Assembly (NCBI RefSeq): GCF_964204645.1 | Contig: NC_134026.1 | Location: 7,029,950-7,093,949, forward strand | Length of the DNA stretch: 64,000 nt | Source of the DNA: Tubulanus polymorphus | Lineage: Eukaryota; Animalia; Nemertea | Reading direction: 5' to 3' | Shown here: positions 24,401-34,214 of the stretch, in pieces | Numbering within the stretch: the stretch's first letter is position 1 | Layout of the letters: each line of letters opens with the position of its first letter | Notes under the pieces: generated by a model | Seen by the model: only the letters and a program-made list of their open reading frames with translations | Told to the model about the DNA's origin: nothing | Database searches by the model: none | Made by a program: the position numbers and the translations under genes

Positions 24401-27400
24401 GACGACCAATGAGAATTTGTATTTACTGATGTGTATCAAACAATCTTTATTTCGTTCAACATTCTGTATTGATTGTAACGTATGACTTCCTGTTCGAATT
24501 GGTAACTGAAAATAAATGAAAATACAAGTGAAATTCCGCATAAGATTTCGAGATTTTCATTTTAGAGATTTTGACATTTGGGCCTGCAGATTTTCATATC
24601 CAAATCAACCCCTGATATACCGCTCACATTGGTGTATAAGATTTACCCGGTATTTGAGGGATTTGGTACCCTCAAAATGGAATTTTGGAGCCGTGTGAAA
24701 AGAACAATACTCAGTTCTATAGGTTAAATTTGACTCTAGAATTGTTGGAAATTCTATCTGAGACAAGCGTAAACATTGAGCACTGGGCGAGAAAGGAAAA
24801 CTTTCTGCTAGAAAGATGGACAATAAACATTATAATCTTATTAGTGGACCAGGTAAATAAGTTATTAGGTAAATCAATCAGTGGGTCAGTCTAAAATCAG
24901 TCTGTCTAATGGGGCGAGTCAATGGGTGACTTCTAGTCGGTTTATTGGTAGTAAGATTTGAAATGTAGCCGGAATTCTGTGACATGGAATTGTGTGATAG
25001 GGTCTTGTCATTGTTTTTTTTTAATGACAGACTCAGACACAGATAGACAGACACAGACAGGTTTGAATAAGACAACTGATTATCTAGGAGTGTTAAGTAA
25101 GTACACACAGCACCACTGCGCTACAGCTACATCTTCCATATCCATACCAGTTACCATAGTAACGAGCATCTAAGGAAGGCTTGGTCTGCTGATAGAAACA
25201 AAAACAACTGCAGTTCAGTCAGTCAGTCAGTCAGTCAGTCAGTCAGTCAGTCAGTCAGTCAGTCAGTCAGTCAGTCAGTCAGTCAGTCAGTCAGTCAGTC
25301 AGTCAGTCAGTCAGTCAGTCAGTCAGTCAGTCAGTCAGTCAGTCAGTCAGTCAGTCAGTCAGTCAGTCAGTCAGTCAGTCAGTCAGTCAGTCAGTCAGTC
25401 AGTCAGTCAGTCAGTCAGTCAGTCAGTCAGTCAGTCAGTCAGTCAGTCAGTCAGTCAGTCAGTCAGTCAGTCAGTCAGTCAGTCAGTCAGTCAGTCAGTC
25501 AGTCAGTCAGTCAGTCAGTCAGTCAGTCAGTCAGTCAGTCAGTCAGTCAGTCAGTCAGTCAGTCAGTCAGTCAGTCAGTCAGTCAGTCAGTCAGTCAGTC
25601 AGTCAGTCAGTCAGTCAGTCAGTCAGTCAGTCAGTCAGTCAGTCAGTCAGTCAGTCAGTCAGTCAGTCAGTCAGTCAGTCAGTCAGTCAGTCAGTCAGTC
25701 AGTCATCCCTGGCTATGGTGCTAGATATTCTGCAAATCAAGTCGATGGTCTCTAAATCTTCAACAAAGTTTTATGGTTTCAATATATCAATATTTTGAGC
25801 ATAAAAAGTCAATCTGATTTTAAGCGATTTACATTCTCTCTGTATTCATTAAGTATTACTGACTATAATAGGTGTCCCTATTCTATATTGCTCCAATAGT
25901 ACATATTTTAGTTGGGCACAGTTCTATTGTTGTTCCTATACGGTTATTGTGTATCATTTCATTGAACTATTGAAGGTTAACAGTCAGTAATTCTGTAACT
26001 GATGAGTACATGTCACTAGAGCTGATTGGCGCTCTCTTGGTCAGCTGATCTTTCATGCGATTGTCTGACCAGTGTCTCAGTCTACCATAGGAATCTGTCG
26101 AACTAGATCACACAACTCAAACGACTCTGAGACTCACTTGGATTTAAATCCAAGATTCACAAGAATCTTGGGACTCTCTACTGAATAAGGCCACATGACT
26201 CACAGAACTCTCTGTTGGATTAGGTCTCATGACTCACAGGACTTATGACAGGACTGGGACTCTCTGTTGGATTAGGTCCCATGACTCACAGGACTCTGCT
26301 GGATTAGGTCCAATGACTCACAGGACTTGAACAGGACTGGGACTCTGTTGAATTAGGTCACACGACTCACAGGACTCCCGGATGGATAAGGTCCCATGAC
26401 TCACAGGACTTTGACAGGACAGGGACTCTCTGTTGGATTAGGTCGCACAACTCACAGGACTCTGGGACTCTCTGTTGGATCAGGTCACATGACTCACAGG
26501 ACTCAGGGACTCCCTGTTGGATTAGGTCCCATGACTCACAGGACTTTGACAGGACTGGGACTCTCTGTTGGATTAAGTCACACGACTCACTGGACTCCGG
26601 GACTCTCTGATGGATTAGGTCACAGGACTTTTGGACTCTATGACCTGGATTAGGTAACACAGAATCTTGTTTTGTTTGGGGACAAGTGTCTGAATGATTG
26701 ATAAACCTCCCCATGTATATGAGTACTAAAGTTTTAGGCTTTGAATTGAAGATGAAATAATCTGAATTAGCTTAATGTTTTAAAAGTGTACCCTTAGATG
26801 GCAGCTGAACCAGCTCTGCAGTTCTTTGTTCGTTAAGTTAGACCCTACAGTTAAAATCAGTTCATTTCCATTTGTAGAGTCCAATTTAACCGAGAAGCAT
26901 ACAGGTTTAGCACTTTCCTCTGTTATTGATAGGGCGTGCGGGGGCCCCAGATAATGATTCACACTACTCTGTTAGTTAAGGATGTCTGGCCAACTCAGAA
27001 TTGATAGCTCTATTTCTTATATAGGTCGTTGTGACACTGATAGACTTCACTGTTGCGATTGCAGATGCAGCATGATTCCTGTTGACGCTATTTTGTCAAC
27101 GATTCGATCTGAATGGCTAATTTATACCGCACATGCACACTAAGGTATATGACTTAGAGGAAAGTTTTGAGAACAGAGTAAAGCCGCGGACACACTGGGC
27201 GATTTCGTCGGCCGACGAAATCGCCGCCGATTTTATGACCGATTTGATCGCCGACAGACCCGGACACACTGGGCAATTTCGTCGGCCGACGCAATCGGCG
27301 AATAGCGCCGCTTATTTTGAAACGACCAGCTGCTAGCGCCACCTTTAATAAATCGAAGAGTCGTGATTGGCTGGTTAATACGGCGCATGAGGCGACTGAA

Positions 27401-28403
27401 CGCCGTACCCGGACACACTGGACGATTCTGTCGCCGGTGACGAAATCGGCAGCGACAGAATCCAACATGTTGGATTCGGGCGATTTCGTCGGCCGACTAA
27501 ATCGCCGAAGGACACACTGGGCGATTTTACCGGCGATTTCGTCGGGCGACGAAATCGCCCAGTGTGTCCGGGCCTTAAGAGAAAATATAGCGTACAGAGC
27601 TGTATTCCAACTCGGGCCAGCATATTGCTTAGTGCCTTAATACCACTCTCTGAAACCCTGCTATTGTTTAACTACAAATAGCACTCTAAACCCTAAACCT
27701 CTCCCTAACCATCCCTAACTAATGTTATTTTAATTAGTAGGCCTGCATCTTATGAGCCTATGTCAGCAAATAGCATTTATCAAAATAATACAGCATCTGC
27801 TAAATATCCACTTCCAGGTATAGGCCTATTGGATAAACAGCAGCTAAAGAGGAATGAATGCAGCAGGAGGCAATTGGCACGTATCTGTCTGTCAGTCAGC
27901 CTGTCTTAATTAGACGTGTCATGTTCTGTCTGTGACTGTGTATCTGTCAGGTTATGCTGACATCATCCTGGATGAATCTCTGACTGGCAGACGATATAAA
28001 CCTGTTCCTTGGGTTCTAATCAAGTGTCCAGACGAACGGGAAATTAGAGAAGATCCATTCACCAGTGGCAGTCGCAGTGTGTCGAGTTACAACAGTAGAA
28101 TCCAGGGCAGCAGAACCCCCATCTCTCCCTCTCCCTCCCTTGTTAACCCACATCCATTCAATCAGATCCAGTTCAATCGGATTCTAAAGACTTCATCAGC
28201 AGCATAAATCAACCTGTCCTTATCACACGGCGCTAGGGGGGTGGGGGTAGATAGACACTAGGCAAAACACGGACATCGTGGTGTAGTCTGTGTAAATGAC
28301 GCTGTACGCGCATGTTGTATTTCATACTTACTTGATGATCGAATCGAGTTATCAATGATACCGCCCATTCGGCTGCTTTATCATGTTTAGTATAATGTGC
28401 CAT
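2389..28403 (-). CDS. NF1: Neurofibromin (NF1), N-terminal portion; gene continues beyond the left edge
   Basis: Phase-consistent exons: 28332-28403 (MAHYTKHDKAAEWAVSLITRFDHQ), 24362-24505 (LPIRTG...CLIHISKYKFSLVVNGLT), 24096-24179, 23940-24014, 23243-23358, 22806-22912, 22387-22454, 21970-22045, 19915-20018 (RKAAVWPLQMMLLVLCP), 19770-19835, 19023-19202, 17896-18099, 17296-17427 (WWPKID), 15189-15320 (LIHADP), 6153-6349, 5437-5620, 4844-5104 (TGRAALQKRIMSLLRKIEH), 4056-4208, 3552-3637 (EWANMTGFLCALG), 2389-2499. Motifs match human neurofibromin in order. Confidence 0.97.
7325..8275 (+). CDS. Intronless rhodopsin-class (class A) orphan GPCR, FMRFamide-receptor/Srw-like, copy 1; antisense in NF1 intron 6350-15188
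   Basis: 316 aa, seven hydrophobic segments, TM1 GN, TM2 LSLSD, TM3 C...SLERAAVVLFP, TM7 NFYIY (instead of NPxxY), N-terminal N-glycosylation sequons NLT and NRS. Confidence 0.93.
   Translation: MNLTQMQIGETYHSYIVLMSVVNRSGIYRTVSLVILVILFFLGAFGNSATFLIMISRRFRSLSYANYLIVLSLSDLLYSINYTLIPVLQFVLLNLNIGPIFMITSLVGCQIYEFVMQLACSNSSWLIVAISLERAAVVLFPFTSRLICTPRFARFATFIITAVNVVVINLLPTLSIHFTDQFLGCYYELSDKIRFLSIIVIHSNILPLSLILISNSVIIIQLFRGSKMVSSDQKTTRSKRTTIMLVTVSLAFALFTLPNAISALLPISPEQKDFLYDIVTHFHVCNFVVNFYIYILLGREIREYFCMKICCRNSVK
8625..8705 (+). mobile_element. tRNA-derived SINE-like head
   Basis: A-box-like tggtctagtgg and B-box-like ggttcgagtct at tRNA spacing, but no complete cloverleaf. Confidence 0.4.
9731..10681 (+). 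CDS. Intronless class A orphan GPCR, copy 2 (very close paralog of copy 1)
   Basis: 316-aa ORF colinear with 7325..8275; upstream and downstream flanks are duplicated too. Confidence 0.93.
   Translation: MNLTQMQIGETYQSYIVLMSVVNRSGIYRTVSLVILVILFFLGAFGNSATFLIMISRRFRSLSYANYLIVLSLSDLLYSINCTLIPVLQFVLLNLNTGPIFMITSLVGCQIYEFVMQLACSNSSWLIVAISLERAAVVLFPITSRLICTPRFARFATFIITAENIVVINLLPTLSIHFTDPLSGCNYELSDKIRFLSIIVIHSNILPLFMILISNSVIIIQLFRGSKMVSSDQRTTKSKRTTIMLVTVSLAFALFTLPNAISALLPISLEQKEFLYDIVTHFHICNFVVNFYIYILLGREIREYFCMKICCRNSVK
12185..12760. mobile_element. Non-autonomous hAT-like element (576 bp) inserted in the upstream region of GPCR copy 3
   Basis: Perfect 11-bp TIR cagggatgaaa (12185-12195) / tttcatccctg (12750-12760); direct repeat agtaac on both sides; empty site visible in paralogous flanks (14521-14540, 58290-58310). 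Confidence 0.85.
13058..14008 (+). CDS. Intronless class A orphan GPCR, copy 3 (more diverged)
   Basis: 316-aa ORF colinear with copies 1 and 2; SMERAAVV and NFYIY motifs. Confidence 0.93.
   Translation: MNLTQMQIGETYHSYIVLMSVVNRSGIYRTVSLVILVILFFLGAFGNSATFLIMISRRFRSISYANYLIILSLSDFTFSINSTLIPVLQFVLLHVQDGPIFIMSSVISCQIYEFTMTLAAINSSWLIVAISMERAAVVLFPFTSRLICTPRFAKFAILIITAVNVLVINLLPTLSIYFTDQFFGCYYKLVDQMRFLSIIVIHGNMLPLSLILISNSVIIFQLFRGSKMVSSDQKTTKSKRTTIMLVTVSLAFAIFTLPNTLTILSPISQEQKDFLYDIFTHFHVCNFVINFYIYLLLGREIREYFCMKIHCRNSVK
14609..14880. mobile_element. Mutator-like MITE (second copy, opposite orientation, shorter)
   Basis: gattctaggacaattgcc ... ggcaattgtcctgatacc; flanked by caataaatc / caacaaatc (9 bp, one mismatch). 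Confidence 0.75.
16163..16500 (-). CDS. NF1: Three candidate small NF1 exons (16491-16500, 16355-16379, 16163-16220)
   Basis: Each is bounded by AG and GT; phases 0>1, 1>2, 2>0; joined they give 93 nt, LFKVKHGDHHRVPDTVTYLYDLSRDDLEPLP, in frame between the phase-0 ends of exons 17296-17427 and 15189-15320. Confidence 0.7.
18604..18644 (+). ncRNA. Minimal type I hammerhead ribozyme motif (Penelope-like repeat remnant)
   Basis: CAC-CUGAUGA-A-GCUUCUA uacau UAGACGC-GAAA-GCUC-GUG: stem I CAC/GUG, intact core, palindromic AGCU helix III, CUC cleavage triplet. Confidence 0.55.
20190..20610. repeat. Degenerate ~27-bp minisatellite
   Basis: taacattcagagaagcctagtatccca repeated exactly three times near 20482-20562, with decayed copies either side. 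Confidence 0.7.
21522..21648. mobile_element. Tigger-like MITE
   Basis: cagtggaacctcgttacagcgaac ... gttcgttataacgagaggtttcactg|ta inverted termini. Confidence 0.6.
23400..23915. repeat. 31-bp minisatellite with a 93-bp higher-order structure
   Basis: tatgaggaatttgaggtagatctcgacatgt units; variants cycle A-B-C-A-B-C-A-B from 23521. Confidence 0.9.
25216..25705. repeat. (CAGT)n microsatellite, ~490 bp, NF1 intron 1
   Basis: Uninterrupted tetranucleotide array. Confidence 0.99.
26170..26660. repeat. Composite minisatellite
   Basis: Repeated gggactctctgttggattaggtcccatgactcacaggact with a variable ttgacaggact insert. Confidence 0.9.
27182..27575. mobile_element. PIF/Harbinger-type MITE
   Basis: TIRs agccgcggacacactgggcgatttcgtcg / cgacgaaatcgcccagtgtgtccgggcct, flanked by TAA on both sides (27179-27181, 27576-27578); internal repeats of ggacacactgg. 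Confidence 0.8.
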
Positions 28404-28455
28404 TTCATCAGTGAATTTTCACTGTCTATTCGTAAGCCAGGTTACGGGTTACAGG

Positions 28456-28532
28456 TTACGGGTTGTTCCGCGGGTTTATTCGGGTTTTTCTCGTCGCCAT
28501 CTTGCTTATTTTGGTTACACTGCGCGTGCGCA
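28456..28532 (-). promoter_or_regulatory. NF1 promoter/5' leader: NRF1/ewg-like site, YY1-like site and a short upstream ORF
   Basis: tgcgcgtgcgca at 28521-28532; caagatggcgac (minus) around 28500, whose ATG opens MATRKTRINPRNNP* (28500-28456). Confidence 0.55.
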
Positions 28533-29114
28533 ATCGAATCCCACACTTCCATAAAAGGAAATTAATTTTTCATGCAAATCACATATTAATTAATTAATTG
28601 ATTGATTAACGAAAATCTATGTACTAGTAAAAAATTTCAAGAAAAAAATCGGTCGATCGTTTTGCCCGGAGATTGCGTAGTAGGCTAGTTACACATGAAT
28701 GCACGTCTTAAATGAACAGTTGATTCCTATGAAATTGTACCCGAAACCCACTCCCCTGATTGACTGCCATGCTTTGGTCTTTGTGATAAAACGTCAAGAT
28801 TCATAATGAATCAGACATAACCATGCTGCATATTTCGAAAATGTGATTCTGAAATATTTTGAAAAATTTCTTTTTGTGGATTCCAAGAATACAATTTTTC
28901 CTGAATGAACTTTTTCTTATGTAATTTTCCGGAAATTTCAACTCCACGAAACAGAAGTGAAAAATAATAAATTCTCTATCTTTTTTAACATAATTGTATA
29001 TTTATACTATTGATTATATTATAACAATTATATAATATTGTATACAATGTATTTAAATCAAGAAATCCCACACTTCGAATTTAAAATTATACAATCAAAT
29101 TTATTATTAAGAAA

Positions 29115-29157
29115 CCACAACGTTTCGGCTGTTGACTAAACAGCCATCATCAGGTGG
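29115..29157 (-). ncRNA. Minimal type I hammerhead ribozyme motif downstream of PEX3
   Basis: Minus strand CCAC-CUGAUGA-U-GGCUGUU uaguc AACAGCC-GAAA-CGUU-GUGG: 4-bp stem I, perfect 7-bp stem II, intact core, palindromic ACGU helix III. Confidence 0.65.
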
Positions 29158-29763
29158 ATTGACCAGAAAAACAAGTAACAAAGCGTATAAACTCACAGGA
29201 TCTAAAATAGAAGCAATGTGTCAAAACTAAAGATAAACAGACCAAGCAATAAAAACATCAAGGGGTAGGCCTACCGTAGAAACCACAGCAATTCTAAACA
29301 GTTCAGAGTAAAAACAAATCATGTAACTAAGCGAAGTGTATTATTTTACCTTCCTTACATACCTCGTTTAAATCATGTTCTTCCAATACCTATGTATTTT
29401 TTATATCTTTCTACCTTTTTGTAACACTTTGTTACAATCAATAAATAAAATAAGACCAAAGAGTTGCTTTTAATTTCCTCTAGAGTTCCAAAGATTCCTT
29501 CGTCCGAATTTGGAAGATTAGATCCTTTCTCCAAAAATAACTTAGAGAGAAGAATTGAACCAAGATCTATTTTTAACATAAGAATTTATTTACAATTATT
29601 TGATACAATTTTAGCACCAGGGGCTGATTATTACAGCTGCAAGGGAAAAAGTTTGATAATGCTGCTCTCCTCAGAATTAGAGTTCATGATTTAATGATTT
29701 CCGATCTCAAGATTTGGCAGGATTAGCCGATCATTTAACACAGTAAAGGACAGAATTTTATTT

Positions 29764-32700
29764 TCACGTGATATTGTGTAACGGAGGTTGACTGAAAGCC
29801 TCGTAAATGTTAGCTGCAAAATCTTTCACTTCATCCATCAATAAAATTTCCTACAAAAAATTAAAGAATTGAAAAATCATTTCCACACATCTGGACCAAT
29901 TTTTGTCACAGAAAAATTGTTTGCGCTTTTCAGTACCTGTATAAACTGGTTTGGAATGTCGGCTAGGACGATGTATATTAAACCATTCGTGATGGGAATA
30001 AGCTTTGCGAGAGGAATCTTAACATGTTCCGAACTAAAAATACACAATTTAAGCTTACTCATTTATCAAAAAGTAATCAATCTAAAAACAGGGTTCTAAC
30101 AGATTACAGATATTTCCCGGACCCCAGATCTAAAATTCCCTGAACAAATTATGAGATATCCTCAGAGGGGGCTATTTCTTAAAAGTTCCTTGTGCTACTC
30201 GTTCGTCACCAGCGAGATTTAAGACAGCAATTTCCTAAACTATAAGATATCCTCAGTGGGAGCTGCTTCTTAACAATACGTTCCTCCTTGTGCCACTCAT
30301 CAACAGCGAGAACAACAAGAAACAAAAAATCAAATTGCCTGATATTTTACGGACCCTTGACCAAAAATTCCCAGATTAAATTAAAGCATTTCAAGATGTT
30401 CATTGCCACTCCTCACCAGAATTGTCATTTGTCGGAATTGCCTGATTTTCTATGCAGAGAAAAATACATCCGCAATTCCCTGATTTTCTCTGATCTGTAA
30501 AAACCCTGACATATTACCGTAAGACGTGAATTGTTTTTCTGATTTACCTCAGGTTTGACGGCGGTTTGAAGTAATCGGATATTCTGTCGACCAATCGCGA
30601 GAAACCTTTATCCAAACAATTGGATAAAACAGACCGGAAATCAGTGCTGAAAAAAAAAAACAATTACGACTTAATCTGAAAATCTGTGAAATTCATCAAA
30701 TCCAAGTAAATGCAACGAGACGCATAGTACTTTATAGGTAAACTAGTTTATTTGACACACAACCTTTCGCTACTAATGTCTATTGTAGCTTCATCAGGTG
30801 AATGAGAGGAATGAATGTAAGTGCTATTCATCCTGTTATATACATTCTACATTCTACACCGGGTTAACACGATTCCTCAACAAATCTAATGAAATCTGAG
30901 TTATTCATTGGTTCTAATAAAGTGTTGTACTAACCTTTCAAACATATCTGTCGTTTCATTGATCAATTGGTGCATGAATCTATCCTGGCGACTAGCAAGA
31001 ATCTGAATGCATAATCAAAGGCCATGCATTAAGAACTTAAGAAAATTAGCAGATTTTCAACCTTCCCTCTCCCACATAGGGATTATTCATTTATTAAATC
31101 TGAAAGCAATACAGCTACGCTATTGTACTGACCCCTCCCCTAATGCAGAAATGAATGACTCCATACGCAATTCTATGTATTACCAAAAATTCTTTTTAAA
31201 ATTTTGGTATTACCGATATACTCATTGGGAGAAGTTGCTAATAGATTTGTAGATACGGAGGAACCTTTTTACGACAAATTTCAGGCAACCAGAGAATCAG
31301 TAAATTGTCATATTTGGGATGAAATTCGCGGCTTGTGAATCAAGATCAGAATACGGATGTTTTACCTCTGTGTTTTCGTTATATAAATCCTGTGAAGGTA
31401 TAATATATCGGCACAAGTGATAAAAGGGATGTTGCTGCTGTTGTTGATCTCTGTGTTCTAAATGCTGACGGACGTTGCGTAAAATATGATCGATATCACA
31501 AAGCGTTAAATTTTCCTTCAACGATTTACTGAAAATTAAGATTTGACTTCAGATATATAAAACAGAGGATAAAGGAAATGTAATACAATTTGGTCGATGT
31601 ATGGTAGGCCTACCTTCCGATTTCATGTTGAACTGATTCAGTTACATCTTTTATCATCAACTGCAAACCTGCAAAACAAAATATACCCGTTAAAAGTAAA
31701 CAATAAATTCAGAATAAACTTTCAGTGAAATAATTGTGCTATTTTTACCTTCGTTTAGAATAAACTGAACTCTTTCCAAATAAATCTGTTGAATTTCATT
31801 TGTAGCGACTGACAATTCTTTTGACTGCAAAATGAACAGATTACTACATTAATACAATAAGGACCCAATAACACATTTTTAGTTGAAATTTTACTTCAGT
31901 GTTTATTTCATTGGTAATGCGCTAGTCAAACTGTAGAAATCGATCTAGATCTCTATTCAAATTGAAACAGTATTGAGGACAATTTTGAAAGACCATAGCG
32001 TGGCCACTTTTATTTTTGTTTTTCTGCTAGAATCCAATCAATTAACACAGTCAAATACATGAGACATAGATAGCAATCTAAACAAATTTCACCGACTTTT
32101 CCCCTGATTTCGAGCTGTTTTTACAAAATTCCCTGACTATGCCCTGACTTTTTTTTAAAGAAAATTTCCAAGCGTGGCATGCCTGCAGTATTCGCAGCTG
32201 TTACTAACCATGCCATTTCTGTTCATACAACTATCTAGATACATGTATCCACCAATTACATTCAGTTTTACTCGTAAAACCACAGCAAGTAAACATGAAC
32301 CATAAACTGATACAATCGACCGAACGAAACCTACAATAAATACAGGTAACTATTAGAATTAAAACTCATCTGAAACAGCTCGAAATCTGAGTGAAAATTT
32401 CTTACTTTCAATTTTTAAATCCTCCCAAATTTCAAGTCGATTTTCAGGACTAAAGAAAAATGATAAAAACAAATCATATGAGTCGATGCACAGAAATGAA
32501 GGTGAACAAATTCTTTTAAAAACTAAATACATCAAAATATTGGTATTATTGATTTTGAGTAAGGGGAGGGGGTACTAACTTGTTTTTTAAAGATGCTGTC
32601 ATTTCTTCTGTGTTCAATATCTTCACAATTGCTTCTCGTAAACTAGGAATCATTGACAAAACTAAAAAATGAAAACACAAAGAAAATACTTCGAATAGTT

Positions 32701-33344
32701 GATCCCCATTTCGAACCAAATAGCAGAATATTTACCTGTTGTGTTACATGTTCGTTGATTGCTGTCAAAATGATGCTGCTTCCTACAGAGAATAAATTCA
32801 TTAAATCAAATGATATGATGCCTGATAATAATCAAATACAGTCCCGCGCTGAAGTTCTCATTATGTCATGATCATTATGTTGACGACTTATATCCAAATG
32901 AGGACTTACATTTAGTAATTTGAATTGGAAATACAAATTGAGACTCTATAATAGTGACGACTACGATCCAAGTATGATAACTGTAGTACATGTTCTTAGT
33001 TTAATAAACTCTGTGACTTCTTCATTGTTCAATGACAATATTGTTTGTTGCTGAGGACAAATGTACCTTGCATGTTCCAGACAATCTGCTGCATCTTTCT
33101 CCTGCAATTGCTTTAATTTGTATAAAGCATATCGACCCGTAACATAAACACCTGTAGAATAAAAACGAGATCTTTAACCATACGTGAACGGGAATAATTG
33201 ATGAATAAAAATGAGTTGATAATGATGAATTGTATTGATTTCTCTAGGAGTTACGAACTGATTAAACTCACCACTGACAACGACTCCCGTCCATAAAAAC
33301 TTCCTTCTGTGTCTTTTTAGAAAGTTCCAAACTCGACCAAACAT
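29764..33344 (-). CDS. PEX3: Peroxisomal biogenesis factor 3, complete, 13 coding exons
   Basis: Exons 33272-33344 (MFGRVWNFLKRHRRKFLWTG), 33067-33151, 32736-32782 (HHFDSNQRTCN), 32580-32661, 32406-32449 (LEIWEDLKI), 32209-32330 (LRVKLNVIGGYMYLD), 31749-31824, 31614-31668, 31366-31528, 30935-31002, 30548-30646, 29937-30033 (PLAKLIP), 29764-29850 (VKDFAANIYEAFS); phases consistent. Largely missed by the ORF track. Confidence 0.96.
30758..30800 (-). ncRNA. Degenerate hammerhead ribozyme motif in a PEX3 intron (same repeat family as 18604-18644)
   Basis: CAC-CUGAUGA-A-GCUAC...GUAGC-GAAA-GGUU-GUG; helix III palindrome broken. Confidence 0.45.
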
Positions 33345-33645
33345 ACTTCCTCCGATTCTTTAACCTCTAAATCGATTATAACCTTAATTTCACAAATGCT
33401 AAAATATATTTCAGAATCTATTTCCGGGTTTGTTTCGCTTTTTGCCGCTCAGCGGCGGGGTAATCGATTATCAAATTCTTGACTTGTTTGACTCTGAATA
33501 TTGCAAATCTTTTACATTACAATTAAACACAAAGCTAGAAAAGTAAATTAACTGTCTTACAGGGATAAACAACATTGACGCCTCAAAAAGATAACTAGTA
33601 ACGGGATAGGTGCGAGGCACCCGCTAAAATGAGACAACCGTTAGC

Positions 33646-33661
33646 TAGCGCCACCTACTGG
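33646..33661 (-). promoter_or_regulatory. CTCF-like motif between PEX3 and SRP RNA
   Basis: ccagtaggtggcgcta on the minus strand fits the CTCF core consensus. Confidence 0.55.
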
Positions 33662-33699
33662 ATGAGATTTAAGTACCACCAACGAGCACTTGATTATCA

Positions 33700-33998
33700 G
33701 CTGGGAGTTGTGGCGTGCTCCTGTAATCCAGTTGCTTGGAGGCTTGGTCTGGTGGACAGTTTGAGGTCGGGATTACTGTCAGTCGTCGGTCTATGTCGAT
33801 CGGGCGTCCGCGCTAAGCTCGGCGTCAATATGGTCGGCTCGGGGGAGCCTAGGCTGACCAGGTTGTCTAAGGAGGATCGAATCGGCCCAGGGTGGAAACA
33901 CAGCAGGCAAAAGATCCCGCGTCGAGCAGTAGTGGGTTCGCGCCTGTGAATAGTCGCCGGCTGACAGCCCGTCCAATATAGTTGGACCCATTCCTTTT
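33700..33998 (+). ncRNA. Signal recognition particle RNA (7SL / Metazoa SRP)
   Basis: Colinear with human 7SL over the full length: gctgggagttgtggcgtgctcctgtaatcc..., gatcgggcgtccgcgctaag, caatatggt, ccaggttgtctaaggagg, ggcccagggtggaaacacagcagg (helix 8), cagtagtgggttcgcgcctgtgaatag; ends in a TTTT Pol III terminator; TATA-like tttaagta ~30 bp upstream. Confidence 0.97.
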
Positions 33999-34214
33999 AC
34001 GAAAACTTCCCCTTCCCGAATTCAGAAAAAAATATTTTAACAAGTATAAACTTTTTTCTCATTTTTGAATCGGAGAATTCAAGTCAGAAATATAAGTCGA
34101 GATTCCTTTAAAAAGTTGTTCACTCCTAGTTCATATACCTCCCCCCCCCGATATCTCCATGGAAGATGCGAATTTAGAAAAAAATATCTTATTGAACTAT
34201 TTAAATAAATCAAT

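Noticed and set aside
26367-26714. Cys-rich repetitive ORF
   Set aside because: Minisatellite translation with no exon signals that fit NF1.
27133-27640. Five overlapping ORFs
   Set aside because: Explained by the GC-rich palindromic Harbinger MITE; no transposase motifs.
33629-33991. ORFs of 106 and 66 aa
   Set aside because: They overlap the SRP RNA gene and arise from its GC content.
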